A stretch of DNA of 64,000 bases, taken from contig OZ244960.1 in the NCBI GenBank assembly GCA_965222605.1, positions 1,696,001 through 1,760,000 on the forward strand, in the 5' to 3' direction. The notes beneath the pieces are model-generated. The model saw only the letters and a program-made list of their open reading frames with translations. It was not told the DNA's origin and did not search any database. Below, one piece after another: positions 1-8,558 of the stretch. The DNA is from Candidatus Latescibacterota bacterium. Its GTDB lineage: Bacteria; Latescibacterota; UBA2968. The translations under genes were made by a program, and so were the position numbers. The number at the start of each line of letters is the position of its first letter. Position 1 is the stretch's first letter.

Positions 1-431
1 TCCCTCTCCACAAGTAACATTCGCCGATACGCCTGATACACACTGTGCCCACCAATGCCGTAATTGCGAACAGGTTCCAGCAGATGCGCGGCCAAATACT
101 CCTGCCATGTCTCCCCATTACTCACCTGATCGCAATGCGTAAAGCTATTCCCATACGTATGGATACGGCACGGGCGATCCGCATAATTGACCACCTGCCG
201 CGCACCGTCTTTCTCATAAGCATAAAACCCGCGCGAATCATCCACGCTACCGCCGCGAAACCCATCGCAAACCACCCATCCGATATCGGGATCAAACGCC
301 GACTGTGCATTATTACACATAATCCTCGCCAACTCTGCCGGCACATCTGCCCTGACAGGCGTCACAAAATGATCTACCATCTCGCGCGTTGGCATAATTG
401 ATTCCAAATATTCTCGTCCTGTCATTGCCAT
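1..431 (-). CDS. SGNH/GDSL-like hydrolase, runs off the window start
   Basis: Manual translation gives MAMTGREYLES...IHTYGNSFTHCDQVSNGETWQEYLAAHLLEPVRNYGIGGHSVYQ, with a GNSFT block I and NYGIGG block II; GAGGAG upstream. Not in the ORF track. Confidence 0.6.
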   Translation of the reverse strand, partial: MAMTGREYLESIMPTREMVDHFVTPVRADVPAELARIMCNNAQSAFDPDIGWVVCDGFRGGSVDDSRGFYAYEKDGARQVVNYADRPCRIHTYGNSFTHCDQVSNGETWQEYLAAHLLEPVRNYGIGGHSVYQAYRRMLLVER

Positions 432-445
432 CTCCTCGTATCTTT

Positions 446-472
446 GGGCGGGCACAGGGGCACCGCCCCTAC
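446..472 (-). repeat. GTAG-type REP-like palindrome
   Basis: Minus strand GTAGGGGCGGTGCCCCTGTGCCCGCCC: GTAG tetramer followed by an imperfect GC-rich palindrome, intergenic. Confidence 0.55.
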
Positions 473-490
473 GTCTTGTATCTTACGTTT

Positions 491-523
491 TACCGGTGTT
501 TATCGGTGTTCATCTGTGGTTGC
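491..523. repeat. 10-bp-unit short dispersed repeat, copy 1
   Basis: TACCGGTGTT TATCGGTGTT CATCTGTGGT TGC; 21/22 identical to 11132-11153. Confidence 0.6.
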
Positions 524-1079
524 ATCTCACGCCTTTCTCATCTCGCTTCCTGATCAATCGAGCCGGTGTACCTCCAACCACCGAATACGGTTCCACATCG
601 CGCGTTACAACCGCGCCCGCACCCACAATACTGTGCGCGCCAATACGCACCCCGCCAATAACCACGGCATTTGCGCCAAACCACACATCATCTTCTACGA
701 CAATCTCCCGCTTTTGCACCTTTTGTTCCACCATCGGAATATCGATTCGATCGTACCCGTGTCCCACGCTCGCAAAAACCACATGTGCCGCCACCGCCAC
801 ATAATTGCCAATGGTCAAAGGCCCGTACAACACGCTATATGGCGCAAAATGCGTGTGGCTACCAATATCGACCCACGCGCCACAGGGATTCACAAAAACC
901 CCATTGTGAAACGCCACATCGTCGCCAATACGCACCAATTCTGGATGCCAAATATCGACCAGCGGATCAAAATGAACCGACTCCCCAATCGCCTTAAACG
1001 CCGATCGGTCTATCTCAAACATAAGCGCATCCTCAAAGCGTCCCGACACGCGACCATTGGGGCATAATGAAGTTGCCAT
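510..1079 (-). CDS. Hexapeptide-repeat (LbetaH) O-acetyltransferase
   Basis: IVVEDDVWFGANAVVIGGVRIGAHSIVGAGAVVTRDVEPYSVVGGTPARLIR. Confidence 0.9.
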   Translation of the reverse strand: MATSLCPNGRVSGRFEDALMFEIDRSAFKAIGESVHFDPLVDIWHPELVRIGDDVAFHNGVFVNPCGAWVDIGSHTHFAPYSVLYGPLTIGNYVAVAAHVVFASVGHGYDRIDIPMVEQKVQKREIVVEDDVWFGANAVVIGGVRIGAHSIVGAGAVVTRDVEPYSVVGGTPARLIRKRDEKGVRCNHR

Positions 1080-1102
1080 TGCTATTATGCATTCAATCTG
1101 AT

Positions 1103-1342
1103 TTAAATATCTACTGTAAGAACTTTGCCCACTTCGCGTAGAGGCGTTTCACCTGCTTTCAACTTTTGTGTCACATCTTCTAAATACTGCATCGTTTGCC
1201 GGTCATAATACCATTCACCACACGTCCCGCAAACCGGTACATGGATCGGCACATAGACGATATCCGAACCAACTTTTACCTCTTCCTTGACATCCATAGA
1301 ACAAATATCATCGCTGTGACATACGATACACTCAAGCGGCAT
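1103..1342 (-). CDS. YgiT/MqsA-type zinc-finger protein
   Basis: CIVC...VPVCGTCGEWYY; start taken at MPLEC. Confidence 0.8.
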   Translation of the reverse strand: MPLECIVCHSDDICSMDVKEEVKVGSDIVYVPIHVPVCGTCGEWYYDRQTMQYLEDVTQKLKAGETPLREVGKVLTVDI

Positions 1343-1553
1343 ATTCAACGACCTCCAACTTCGATGCCGTATCAACCGCTTCAAGAATTGTTTCGACGCG
1401 TTCCATCACAAAATCATCCAACAAAAATTCACGACACTGACTGCATTGATGGATGGGCAAGTCTTCGACAATCACAATTTTTTTGTAGCTCACTTTAAAA
1501 GGCAAATTTGTCACAACAGACTCCAATTTAGCCCCACAGACATGGCATTTCAT
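1332..1553 (-). CDS. YgiT/MqsA-type zinc-finger protein
   Basis: MKCHVCG...IVIVEDLPIHQCSQCREFLL. Confidence 0.85.
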   Translation of the reverse strand: MKCHVCGAKLESVVTNLPFKVSYKKIVIVEDLPIHQCSQCREFLLDDFVMERVETILEAVDTASKLEVVEYAA

Positions 1554-1558
1554 AACGA

Positions 1559-1879
1559 TTATCTCCTTGTTTTGAAATCCGGCTCCCACTCTTCTATATC
1601 GGGAAAATAAGCTGTTACAATCCGAATATTTCGATTTGCAACATCAGTAGCAAATAGGATATGAAGAGGCCGCTCCCCTTGTTGTGCATACACAAGATAG
1701 CTTGGTAAGTATTTATCATCGGGATAAGATTCAATAATCTCGTATGTCTCAACAGACTCCAGAATCATCTGGCGAGTCATAGACCGTTCTCTGAGACGCA
1801 TATTGATATGGTAAGTCCATAGAATTGATCTTTGCTTGATGCACTGTTGAATAAATTCCAATGGATTTTCTGGTAGCAT
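1559..1879 (-). CDS. DUF4258 family protein (putative RelE-like toxin)
   Basis: WTYHINMRLRER...IIESYPDDKYLPSYLV...PLHILFA...IVTAYFPD; directly upstream of a YgiT zinc finger. Confidence 0.8.
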   Translation of the reverse strand: MLPENPLEFIQQCIKQRSILWTYHINMRLRERSMTRQMILESVETYEIIESYPDDKYLPSYLVYAQQGERPLHILFATDVANRNIRIVTAYFPDIEEWEPDFKTRR

Positions 1880-1899
1880 ATTTTAAAGCCTGTGAGTTC

Positions 1900-2076
1900 T
1901 CAATCAAACGCTTCTTTACCAAACGCCTCAATATGAAACCGAATGGCAGATTTTACATCTGTCAATGCCTCTTCATAAGTATCTCCCTGCCCAACGACGA
2001 CCCCCTTCATACCGAACGGATATCCCACATAACCATCGGAATATCTTTCAACGATAATTCTAAAATTTTTCACCAT
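1900..2076 (-). CDS. HicB-like antitoxin, 58 aa
   Basis: Manual translation MVKNFRIIVERYSDGYVGYPFGMKGVVVGQGDTYEEALTDVKSAIRFHIEAFGKEAFD*; QGDTYEEA motif; AAGGAG RBS. Below the ORF-track cut-off. Confidence 0.8.
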   Translation of the reverse strand: MVKNFRIIVERYSDGYVGYPFGMKGVVVGQGDTYEEALTDVKSAIRFHIEAFGKEAFD

Positions 2077-2106
2077 ATCTCCTTATCTGACAAAAGGCAA
2101 AGTGTT

Positions 2107-2298
2107 TCACAGCACCTTTGTAGCGTATTCCAAAACACCATTCACATCTTCAACTGTCAGTACCGGATACGCCTCTACAACCGCTTGATGTGACATGTTG
2201 TTTGACAACAAGCCTAATATATGCTCAACACTCAATCGTGTACCTTCAACAACCAGTTTCCCACCCAGAATACCTGGATCTGAAATAATTTCCTTCAT
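2107..2298 (-). CDS. DUF433 family protein (putative antitoxin)
   Basis: DPGILGGKLVVEGTRLSVEHILGLL...YPVLTVEDV. Confidence 0.85.
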   Translation of the reverse strand: MKEIISDPGILGGKLVVEGTRLSVEHILGLLSNNMSHQAVVEAYPVLTVEDVNGVLEYATKVL

Positions 2299-2301
2299 GT
2301 T

Positions 2302-3402
2302 TTATCTCCGACCGAATTCAATCAACACCTCGCGCAAACGCCTTGCAACGATCACATCCTCTCCCGACTCCATCATATAGGACATCACTTCCACGCCATT
2401 ATCGTGGGTGAACATCTCAATGCGCGGATCGCCATCTGACAACTGCTGCTGGATCTCCTCTGGCGCAATCGGCAATACTGTGCGATCCCAGTGAATCTCC
2501 AGAATCGGCGCCACATTAGACCGCCCGGGGTCTCGCATCCGCATCGTCACCGACGGCAAATCCGCAACCGCATCGCCAATCACCTGCAACCATTGCTCCC
2601 ACTCTGCCCACTCGGCATCGTGATCGCGCAGCACCCACTTCTCCACCGCAGCCAGCAATCCCATCACCTCCTCCTTACCCGCCTTCATCGCCCGCCCCAG
2701 CGAATGATGCGGCGCGCCATTGACAAACGCCGCCTGCAAAATATCCTTTCGCCCCAGCACCAACCCCGACGACTGAGGACCCCGCAAACACTTGCCCCCG
2801 CTATAAGCCACAACATCTGCGCCCGCTTGCAAATACGTATTGGGCACATCTGGCCGCTCTGCTGCGGCATCCACAAATACCGGCACACCCTTGCGATGAC
2901 AAATCGCCACCACATCTTCAAGCGGAATATCGCTATTATCCGTTTGATCCCCAAAAAACGCAAACATCGCCGTGCGATCATCAATCGCAGAAGAAAGCGC
3001 GTCGTGATCTTCCACCTCCACCATCTCCACGCCCACCGCCCGAATCGCATGCGTATAAATGTGCAAATGCCCCGGCTGATACAACACCCGATTCTTCATC
3101 CCCCTTGTATCGGGCAATTGCACGATCATATCCGGATCATCCCCCGCCACACACGCCGACGTCACCTGCGTCAGCGCCGCGGCGCATCCATTTGTCACCA
3201 GCCCCCACTCGCATTGCATCAACTCGGCAATGCGCGCCCCCACCGCATCCATCAACTCATCCAAATGCACATACGCCTTCGCCGCTTCCATCATCGCCTC
3301 GCGCACCTCGGGCAACATCAGCGAACCACTGATAATCGTATATGTCCCGCGACAGTTAATCAACGGTCGCACGCCGATTGAACGATAGGTAGGAATAGCC
3401 AT
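2302..3402 (-). CDS. SelA-like/DgaE-family PLP-dependent enzyme
   Basis: INCRGTYTIISGS, VFVDAAAE, YSGGKCLRGPQSSG (PLP lysine), GRAMKAGKEE. Confidence 0.85.
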   Translation of the reverse strand: MAIPTYRSIGVRPLINCRGTYTIISGSLMLPEVREAMMEAAKAYVHLDELMDAVGARIAELMQCEWGLVTNGCAAALTQVTSACVAGDDPDMIVQLPDTRGMKNRVLYQPGHLHIYTHAIRAVGVEMVEVEDHDALSSAIDDRTAMFAFFGDQTDNSDIPLEDVVAICHRKGVPVFVDAAAERPDVPNTYLQAGADVVAYSGGKCLRGPQSSGLVLGRKDILQAAFVNGAPHHSLGRAMKAGKEEVMGLLAAVEKWVLRDHDAEWAEWEQWLQVIGDAVADLPSVTMRMRDPGRSNVAPILEIHWDRTVLPIAPEEIQQQLSDGDPRIEMFTHDNGVEVMSYMMESGEDVIVARRLREVLIEFGRR

Positions 3403-3423
3403 AGTCGTCACCTTCATCGCGCA

Positions 3424-4833
3424 TCAGGCAAAATAGCGCATGTATAAAATATAAATAGCCAGACCAATCATCAGGAGAAAACAGAACAACAACAACATAT
3501 CGGTTTTCAAAGACGGTTTCAGACGCTGGTCGAGATGTCTGTATCGCAAATACAACGTCCCCCCGGCAATTAGAGGAAACTTGATAGCCCCAAACAAATG
3601 CCCTATGGTCAGCATCCAAACCGGATTTTGAAAAAAGAAATACGCCATAGAAGTCACCAGAGGAGACACCACCGCCCAAACGCGCAAAATTCGAACCCGG
3701 GTCTTGTAATCATTGCGCTCGATCAAACCCATCACAGACATCCCATCGGCAAAAATGCGCACACCACCGCCCAGACCGGATATCGCCGTCGAATAAAGCA
3801 CAAAAAAAGCCCCCACCATAAACAACCAGAACGCCCATTCGCCAAGCGTCTGCGTGTACATATTGGAAAGCACGGAAATGGTCTCCAGGCCATCGGGTTG
3901 TTTATTGAGCCGATACAACACACCCGCGCCCAGCATATAAAACGGAATCGTCGCACAGGTCAGCAACCCCAGTGTCAAAAGCACATCGGTTTGCATCACC
4001 CGAATCCATCCCCTCGCGCGCTGCACCCAGGCATCGGACTGATCCGTCGGTCCAGAAAAACGCGCATAGCCCTTTTCCACACACCAATACGTATAAGCCA
4101 TCTGTTCTCCCGAACCCACCCCGGTGCCGCCATACATCGCCAGCGCGGCCAGCAGGGCAAAAGCCGGAAAACCAAACGTCAGCCCACCGCGCACCTCTTC
4201 CCAGGTAATCGCATATTCGGTCAATTGCAACAAAACAGCACATGCGACCGTGATAAACGTAAAAACAACCACCAGAACCGTCATCAGCCTTTCGAGAAAC
4301 CGATACGTCCCGGTCAGAATAATCACAGACGCCGTACCAGCGAGAATAACCGTCCACCATTCCGAGCCGAGAGAAGGCAGAGCCGTGTGAATCGCCTGAC
4401 CAGCACCCCCATAAATACCACCGCTGATCAACTGACCGGGAATAATCCAGAGCAACCAAAAATAGATATACCACGACACCTTCCGCCCGTTAAACGCGGG
4501 CAATTTCCCGGGCAATCGGTTAAAAGCGTGCAAAAAAGGTTCGCCAGAAGCAACCGAAAAACGCGCCAGTTCCGCCTGAACAATATTCTTGCTCCAGCAA
4601 CTCACCAGCACAAACCAGAGCATTGAAAACCCAACAATAGAACCCAAATTCGTCGTCAGAATAATCTCACCAGAACCCACCACAGACCCCACCAGAATCA
4701 GCCCTGGACCGAGAAACTTCAGCGTACCGCGAAGTCCTCGTGGGGGTTCCTGAACTGCCCGTGGATCCAGCGCGTAGAGATCCGGATTTTCATCTTCTCC
4801 CGATGGTTGCACAGTTTTGGATTCTTCTGGCAT
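3424..4833 (-). CDS. Nramp-like (APC superfamily) transporter
   Basis: LGPGLILVGSVVGSGE, about 11 hydrophobic segments, GGAGG RBS before MPEES. Confidence 0.8.
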   Translation of the reverse strand: MPEESKTVQPSGEDENPDLYALDPRAVQEPPRGLRGTLKFLGPGLILVGSVVGSGEIILTTNLGSIVGFSMLWFVLVSCWSKNIVQAELARFSVASGEPFLHAFNRLPGKLPAFNGRKVSWYIYFWLLWIIPGQLISGGIYGGAGQAIHTALPSLGSEWWTVILAGTASVIILTGTYRFLERLMTVLVVVFTFITVACAVLLQLTEYAITWEEVRGGLTFGFPAFALLAALAMYGGTGVGSGEQMAYTYWCVEKGYARFSGPTDQSDAWVQRARGWIRVMQTDVLLTLGLLTCATIPFYMLGAGVLYRLNKQPDGLETISVLSNMYTQTLGEWAFWLFMVGAFFVLYSTAISGLGGGVRIFADGMSVMGLIERNDYKTRVRILRVWAVVSPLVTSMAYFFFQNPVWMLTIGHLFGAIKFPLIAGGTLYLRYRHLDQRLKPSLKTDMLLLFCFLLMIGLAIYILYMRYFA

Positions 4834-4846
4834 ATACCCTCCCTGT

Positions 4847-4943
4847 AAAACAAAAAGCCACCCGGCATGCACAGCGCATTTTCAGGCAGTCCCAGACCAT
4901 TGGCACTACTGACGTTGTGCTGCACATGCGACTCACGGGTGGT
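4847..4943 (-). ncRNA. Candidate structured RNA (long rod-like hairpin plus U-tract); terminator or attenuator
   Basis: CCACCCG/CGGGUGG, GCAUGUGCAGC/GCUGUGCAUGC and UCAGUAGU/ACUGCCUGA helices, G-U pairs only on the minus strand, followed by UUUUUGUUUU. Confidence 0.55.
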
Positions 4944-4967
4944 TATTTACGTGCCGATTTTGAGTAT

Positions 4968-5273
4968 TTAACGACGGCGACGCGACCTGCGTCCACCGCG
5001 GCCAGGGCGCCGACCTCCGCCTCCTTGCGTGTTCGGAGGAGGTGGGCCACCTGTTCCAGAATCGCGGAATGTAATGCGCCCCCGGTTCAGATCATAAGGT
5101 GAGGTCTCAATCGTGACCGTATCGCCCACAACAATGCGAATATTAAAACGGCGCATTTTGCCCGACGTATAACCGAGAATCTGATGCCCTCCCTCAATTT
5201 CAACCTTGTATTGCCCATCGGGCAAAATATCGACAATCGTTCCTTCGAGTACAACTTTTTCTTCTTTTGCCAT
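4968..5273 (-). CDS. infA: Translation initiation factor IF-1 with a C-terminal extension
   Basis: MAKEEKVVLEG...SGKMRRFNIRIVVGDTVTIETSPYDLNRGRITFR, then about 30 extra residues. Confidence 0.95.
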   Translation of the reverse strand: MAKEEKVVLEGTIVDILPDGQYKVEIEGGHQILGYTSGKMRRFNIRIVVGDTVTIETSPYDLNRGRITFRDSGTGGPPPPNTQGGGGRRPGRGGRRSRRRR

Positions 5274-5446
5274 AAAACCTCCAACTATGGGATGGATAAA
5301 CCGACCACTATCCCTTTTACACAAATTGGGATGCACGCGGATCGACGAATAAAGCCCAAACTTCACTAAGATATAAGAGAAAATTTATGTCCACAAGTAT
5401 TTTTGACACGCGACTAATTTCCAAATTTTATACCAGATCGCACAAC

Positions 5447-6628
5447 TCAAAAAATGCGATACCTCAGAGCAAAAAGAAGACTCTGTCTAAATGGCGACCC
5501 TTCTTCTTTGGAAATTTGCTCAATAGCTGTCAAGCTAATTCTATTTTCGACAAAAAATGTGAAACTGATATTTGAAATATGTCTAAACCTCGCATCCTGC
5601 CCCTGTTCTTTGTTGATGTGCAGTGTATTGGAGGTCACAAAGGCAATTCTATTGGTAATTTCGTAGATAAAATCGACATTCTGCCTGATATTATACTCTC
5701 GCCCAAAATAGTCTCTCTTGAATGGGGTATCCAATTTGAAATCCGTGTTGACCTGCATCCGCCAACTGATAGGTCGGGAATACCGCACATTAATAGCCAT
5801 AGCAGGAGGAGGACGATCTATGTCTTCATCTCTGGTCTGTAATTGATACTGAACCCCCGCATTGACATCCCAACCAAAAAACCGATCGCTGATCTGCTCC
5901 TGTGTGAGTACCTCGCGCATACGAAAGATGCCAATAGGACCGATATTGCCGCCCCCAGTCACAAGACCGGTTTTGTCAATTTCGCTGCTCATATCTGCAT
6001 ACCAGGAGGTCAGGTAGTCACGATCTCCGTAGATATTGCGGTACTCAGCTTCTTTTTCGATAATTTGCCCAAGCGCGATCATCGTGTCTTTGGGCAGAAA
6101 ATCGCTAATAACGCCTTCTTCGAACAAAAAATCCTCGATACGCACGGCTTTGCGCAGGGCGGTAGCATCGATAAATCGGCCATAACCAAGGCCCAAAAAG
6201 ACATCAGCCTGCGGACGATCAAAGCCTTTACGCATCAAAAACTCGGGACTGACAAAATAGAAAAACTTATTGGTTTCCCGAAAATACTTTTGAACCTGTA
6301 TATCGAGATTTGCTTCGTAAGTGCCCGTGCGATCAGAGCCTTCAAATGAAAATTGGCGGAAATATGAGGCTGAACTGTGTGCATCGATAAAATACGCAAA
6401 GGGCAGAGAACTGTAGAATTTCTTGTACACAAAGCCGATTTCGCCCTGTTCGTGTACAACTTCTTTACCCTCAGTCGTCAAATTAAAACTCAAAACATCA
6501 ATGCGTAGATTATCCACCCGACTCACCGGCACTTTGTAGTCAGTGACCGAAACATTTTGCGCCTTTGCCGGTGCTGTAATCAACAGTACTACAAGCATAC
6601 ATGCCTTTAATAGGTATTGTGCATTCAT
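5447..6628 (-). CDS. Putative outer-membrane beta-barrel protein
   Basis: Signal peptide (AKA|QN), amphipathic strands, C-terminal ALRYRIF; GGAGG RBS at 6635-6639. Confidence 0.6.
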   Translation of the reverse strand: MNAQYLLKACMLVVLLITAPAKAQNVSVTDYKVPVSRVDNLRIDVLSFNLTTEGKEVVHEQGEIGFVYKKFYSSLPFAYFIDAHSSASYFRQFSFEGSDRTGTYEANLDIQVQKYFRETNKFFYFVSPEFLMRKGFDRPQADVFLGLGYGRFIDATALRKAVRIEDFLFEEGVISDFLPKDTMIALGQIIEKEAEYRNIYGDRDYLTSWYADMSSEIDKTGLVTGGGNIGPIGIFRMREVLTQEQISDRFFGWDVNAGVQYQLQTRDEDIDRPPPAMAINVRYSRPISWRMQVNTDFKLDTPFKRDYFGREYNIRQNVDFIYEITNRIAFVTSNTLHINKEQGQDARFRHISNISFTFFVENRISLTAIEQISKEEGSPFRQSLLFALRYRIF

Positions 6629-6702
6629 GGATAGCCTCCGCGATAAGCTATTTGTCTGTCCAGCAGGTTGTTCCCAAGATGAACGAACAGGATATCCGTT
6701 CT

Positions 6703-7650
6703 TCATTCTGTATTCTCCGGGTTCTTTTCAACTGTGGGCCTTGGAATAATAAAGATAATATCATCGTAATCAGCTTCGACAACTGTTTCCGTATTATTTG
6801 AATCGGTGAGCAACCCCAAATAATCTACTGGACGGGGATCACCACCGAACAGACGGCGATAGTCTTGATATGCATTCACTTCTTCCCAAACCCATTTCCC
6901 CAGATCGTCTGTACCGCTGCGCAACACAATCATATGTTGTCTGCTACTCGAAATAACCGTGCCTTTGGGAAGTGTTTCGCTCCAGATGTATTTGAGCGAT
7001 TTGCCCGCCAGAGGATTCAAAGAACTCTTTCCTATGATCAGACGTACAGCAGCGGCACTATCATTTTTGTCATCGTCTGTTTCATCAGACCCCTCTGGAA
7101 AATTGTGTACGCGCCAGCGCCAGCGCAATTTCCGGAATGAACGCAAACTGGCTTTGATTTCTCTGCCGCGATACGTGATCTTTGCTTCTCTCCCAAAATT
7201 TACAGCACCGCCTCTTGTCTTCGCGTTCAGATAATGATTATTGTCTTCTTGTAGGATCCGATAGTAAACATCTTCTTTTTTAGTTTTGCTAAATCGCCAG
7301 CCCGACCGTCCCTCCCAGATCTTGTCGGGATAAGAATTCAAAAATCGCGGATAGTCAAAGGTATCGAGAACACGAGTGGAGTCCCCCGCAGGCGTGACCC
7401 AGTGGGTAGGAGGCTGTGAGGGATCTGTTATTTCAAGTGTGATCGAAGGATCGAGACCTGACCTGGACGGATCGGTCATCGCAGGATCAACAGCCGTAGA
7501 ATCAACAGGTACAGAGACAACCGGTTGAACGCCCGTAGAATCGGGACCGGCAGCAAAGCATGTGCTGGCATACTTAAAGCATGTAGCAAATACCACGAGT
7601 ACGCACAGCCTGAGAACCATGCTTATCAAGTGGGAACGCAATCCCATCAT
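6703..7650 (-). CDS. DUF3047 family secreted protein
   Basis: LRWRWRV...DDSAAAV...LKYIWS...VLRSG...WVWEEVNAYQDYRRLFG...LLTDSNNT. Confidence 0.8.
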   Translation of the reverse strand: MMGLRSHLISMVLRLCVLVVFATCFKYASTCFAAGPDSTGVQPVVSVPVDSTAVDPAMTDPSRSGLDPSITLEITDPSQPPTHWVTPAGDSTRVLDTFDYPRFLNSYPDKIWEGRSGWRFSKTKKEDVYYRILQEDNNHYLNAKTRGGAVNFGREAKITYRGREIKASLRSFRKLRWRWRVHNFPEGSDETDDDKNDSAAAVRLIIGKSSLNPLAGKSLKYIWSETLPKGTVISSSRQHMIVLRSGTDDLGKWVWEEVNAYQDYRRLFGGDPRPVDYLGLLTDSNNTETVVEADYDDIIFIIPRPTVEKNPENTE

Positions 7651-8525
7651 CCAACCCCGCCGTTACCAATAAAATATCGACTCTTGTGAAGTTGATTTTC
7701 CGCATTGCTGGTGACAGCCGATAGAAATCCAGAACGGGCTGCGGCTGCACCCCAATTGCCATATTTGTCAATGGCGATATAGGCCATCTGAAAGGGGCGC
7801 GCAGAGGGAACGCGCGCAATGAGATGTTGTACAACAGCTTCGCAGGCTTCCTGCGGAGATTTGCCCTGCCGCATGTGTTCAACAACAGCATACGACCCAC
7901 AGGTGCGAGTGATCTCCTCACCGCGTCCAGTAGCCGCGGCAGCCCCTGCGTCATTATCTGCATAAAGACCCGAGCCAATAAGCGGTGAGTCGCCAACGCG
8001 ACCGGGCAACTTAAAAGCCGCACCACTTGTGGTACAGGCTGCCGCGAGATTTCCGCGCTGGTCAAGCGCGATCATGCCAATGGTATCGTGGACATCTGCG
8101 GGAGGACCTGTTCGCTCCCTTTTCCACTTTTCCCAGGCTTCTCGCCCATGCTCTGTAAGCATATTGCATTCTTCAAAGCCCTGTGCACGAGCGAATTTCA
8201 GCGCGCCATTGCCCACGAGAAAAACGTGATCGGTTTTCTCCATCACGCGCCGCGCCACAGCAGTGGGCGTGGCAATCTTTCTAAGCCCAGCCACCGCACC
8301 ATAACCGAGGGTGCGTCCGTCCATAACCGCGGCATCGACTTCGACCTCGCCCTCGGCATTGGGATATCCGCCGAACCCAACGCTCTTGACCGCAGAATCG
8401 CGTTCCGCCACTTCAACACCCCGCACAACAGCATCGAGCACAGAGCCACCGCTTTTCAAAATTTCCCAGGCGGGCTGATTAGAAGACAAACCAAATCGCC
8501 ATGTGGATACAACAATGTGGGACAT
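7647..8525 (-). CDS. Glycosylasparaginase / isoaspartyl peptidase (Ntn hydrolase)
   Basis: HDTIGMIALD autocleavage site, TSGAAFKLPGRVGDSPLIG. Confidence 0.9.
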   Translation of the reverse strand: MSHIVVSTWRFGLSSNQPAWEILKSGGSVLDAVVRGVEVAERDSAVKSVGFGGYPNAEGEVEVDAAVMDGRTLGYGAVAGLRKIATPTAVARRVMEKTDHVFLVGNGALKFARAQGFEECNMLTEHGREAWEKWKRERTGPPADVHDTIGMIALDQRGNLAAACTTSGAAFKLPGRVGDSPLIGSGLYADNDAGAAAATGRGEEITRTCGSYAVVEHMRQGKSPQEACEAVVQHLIARVPSARPFQMAYIAIDKYGNWGAAAARSGFLSAVTSNAENQLHKSRYFIGNGGVG

Positions 8526-8558
8526 CGCCTTCTTTCTATCTGAAATTTTGAACCTTTC

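Noticed and set aside
2302-3402. selA (selenocysteine synthase)
   Set aside because: Shorter SelA-like/DgaE type; no selB, selC or selD nearby
4847-4943. SRP RNA or 6S RNA
   Set aside because: No GNRA-capped helix-8 motif; too short and lacks the central bubble of 6S
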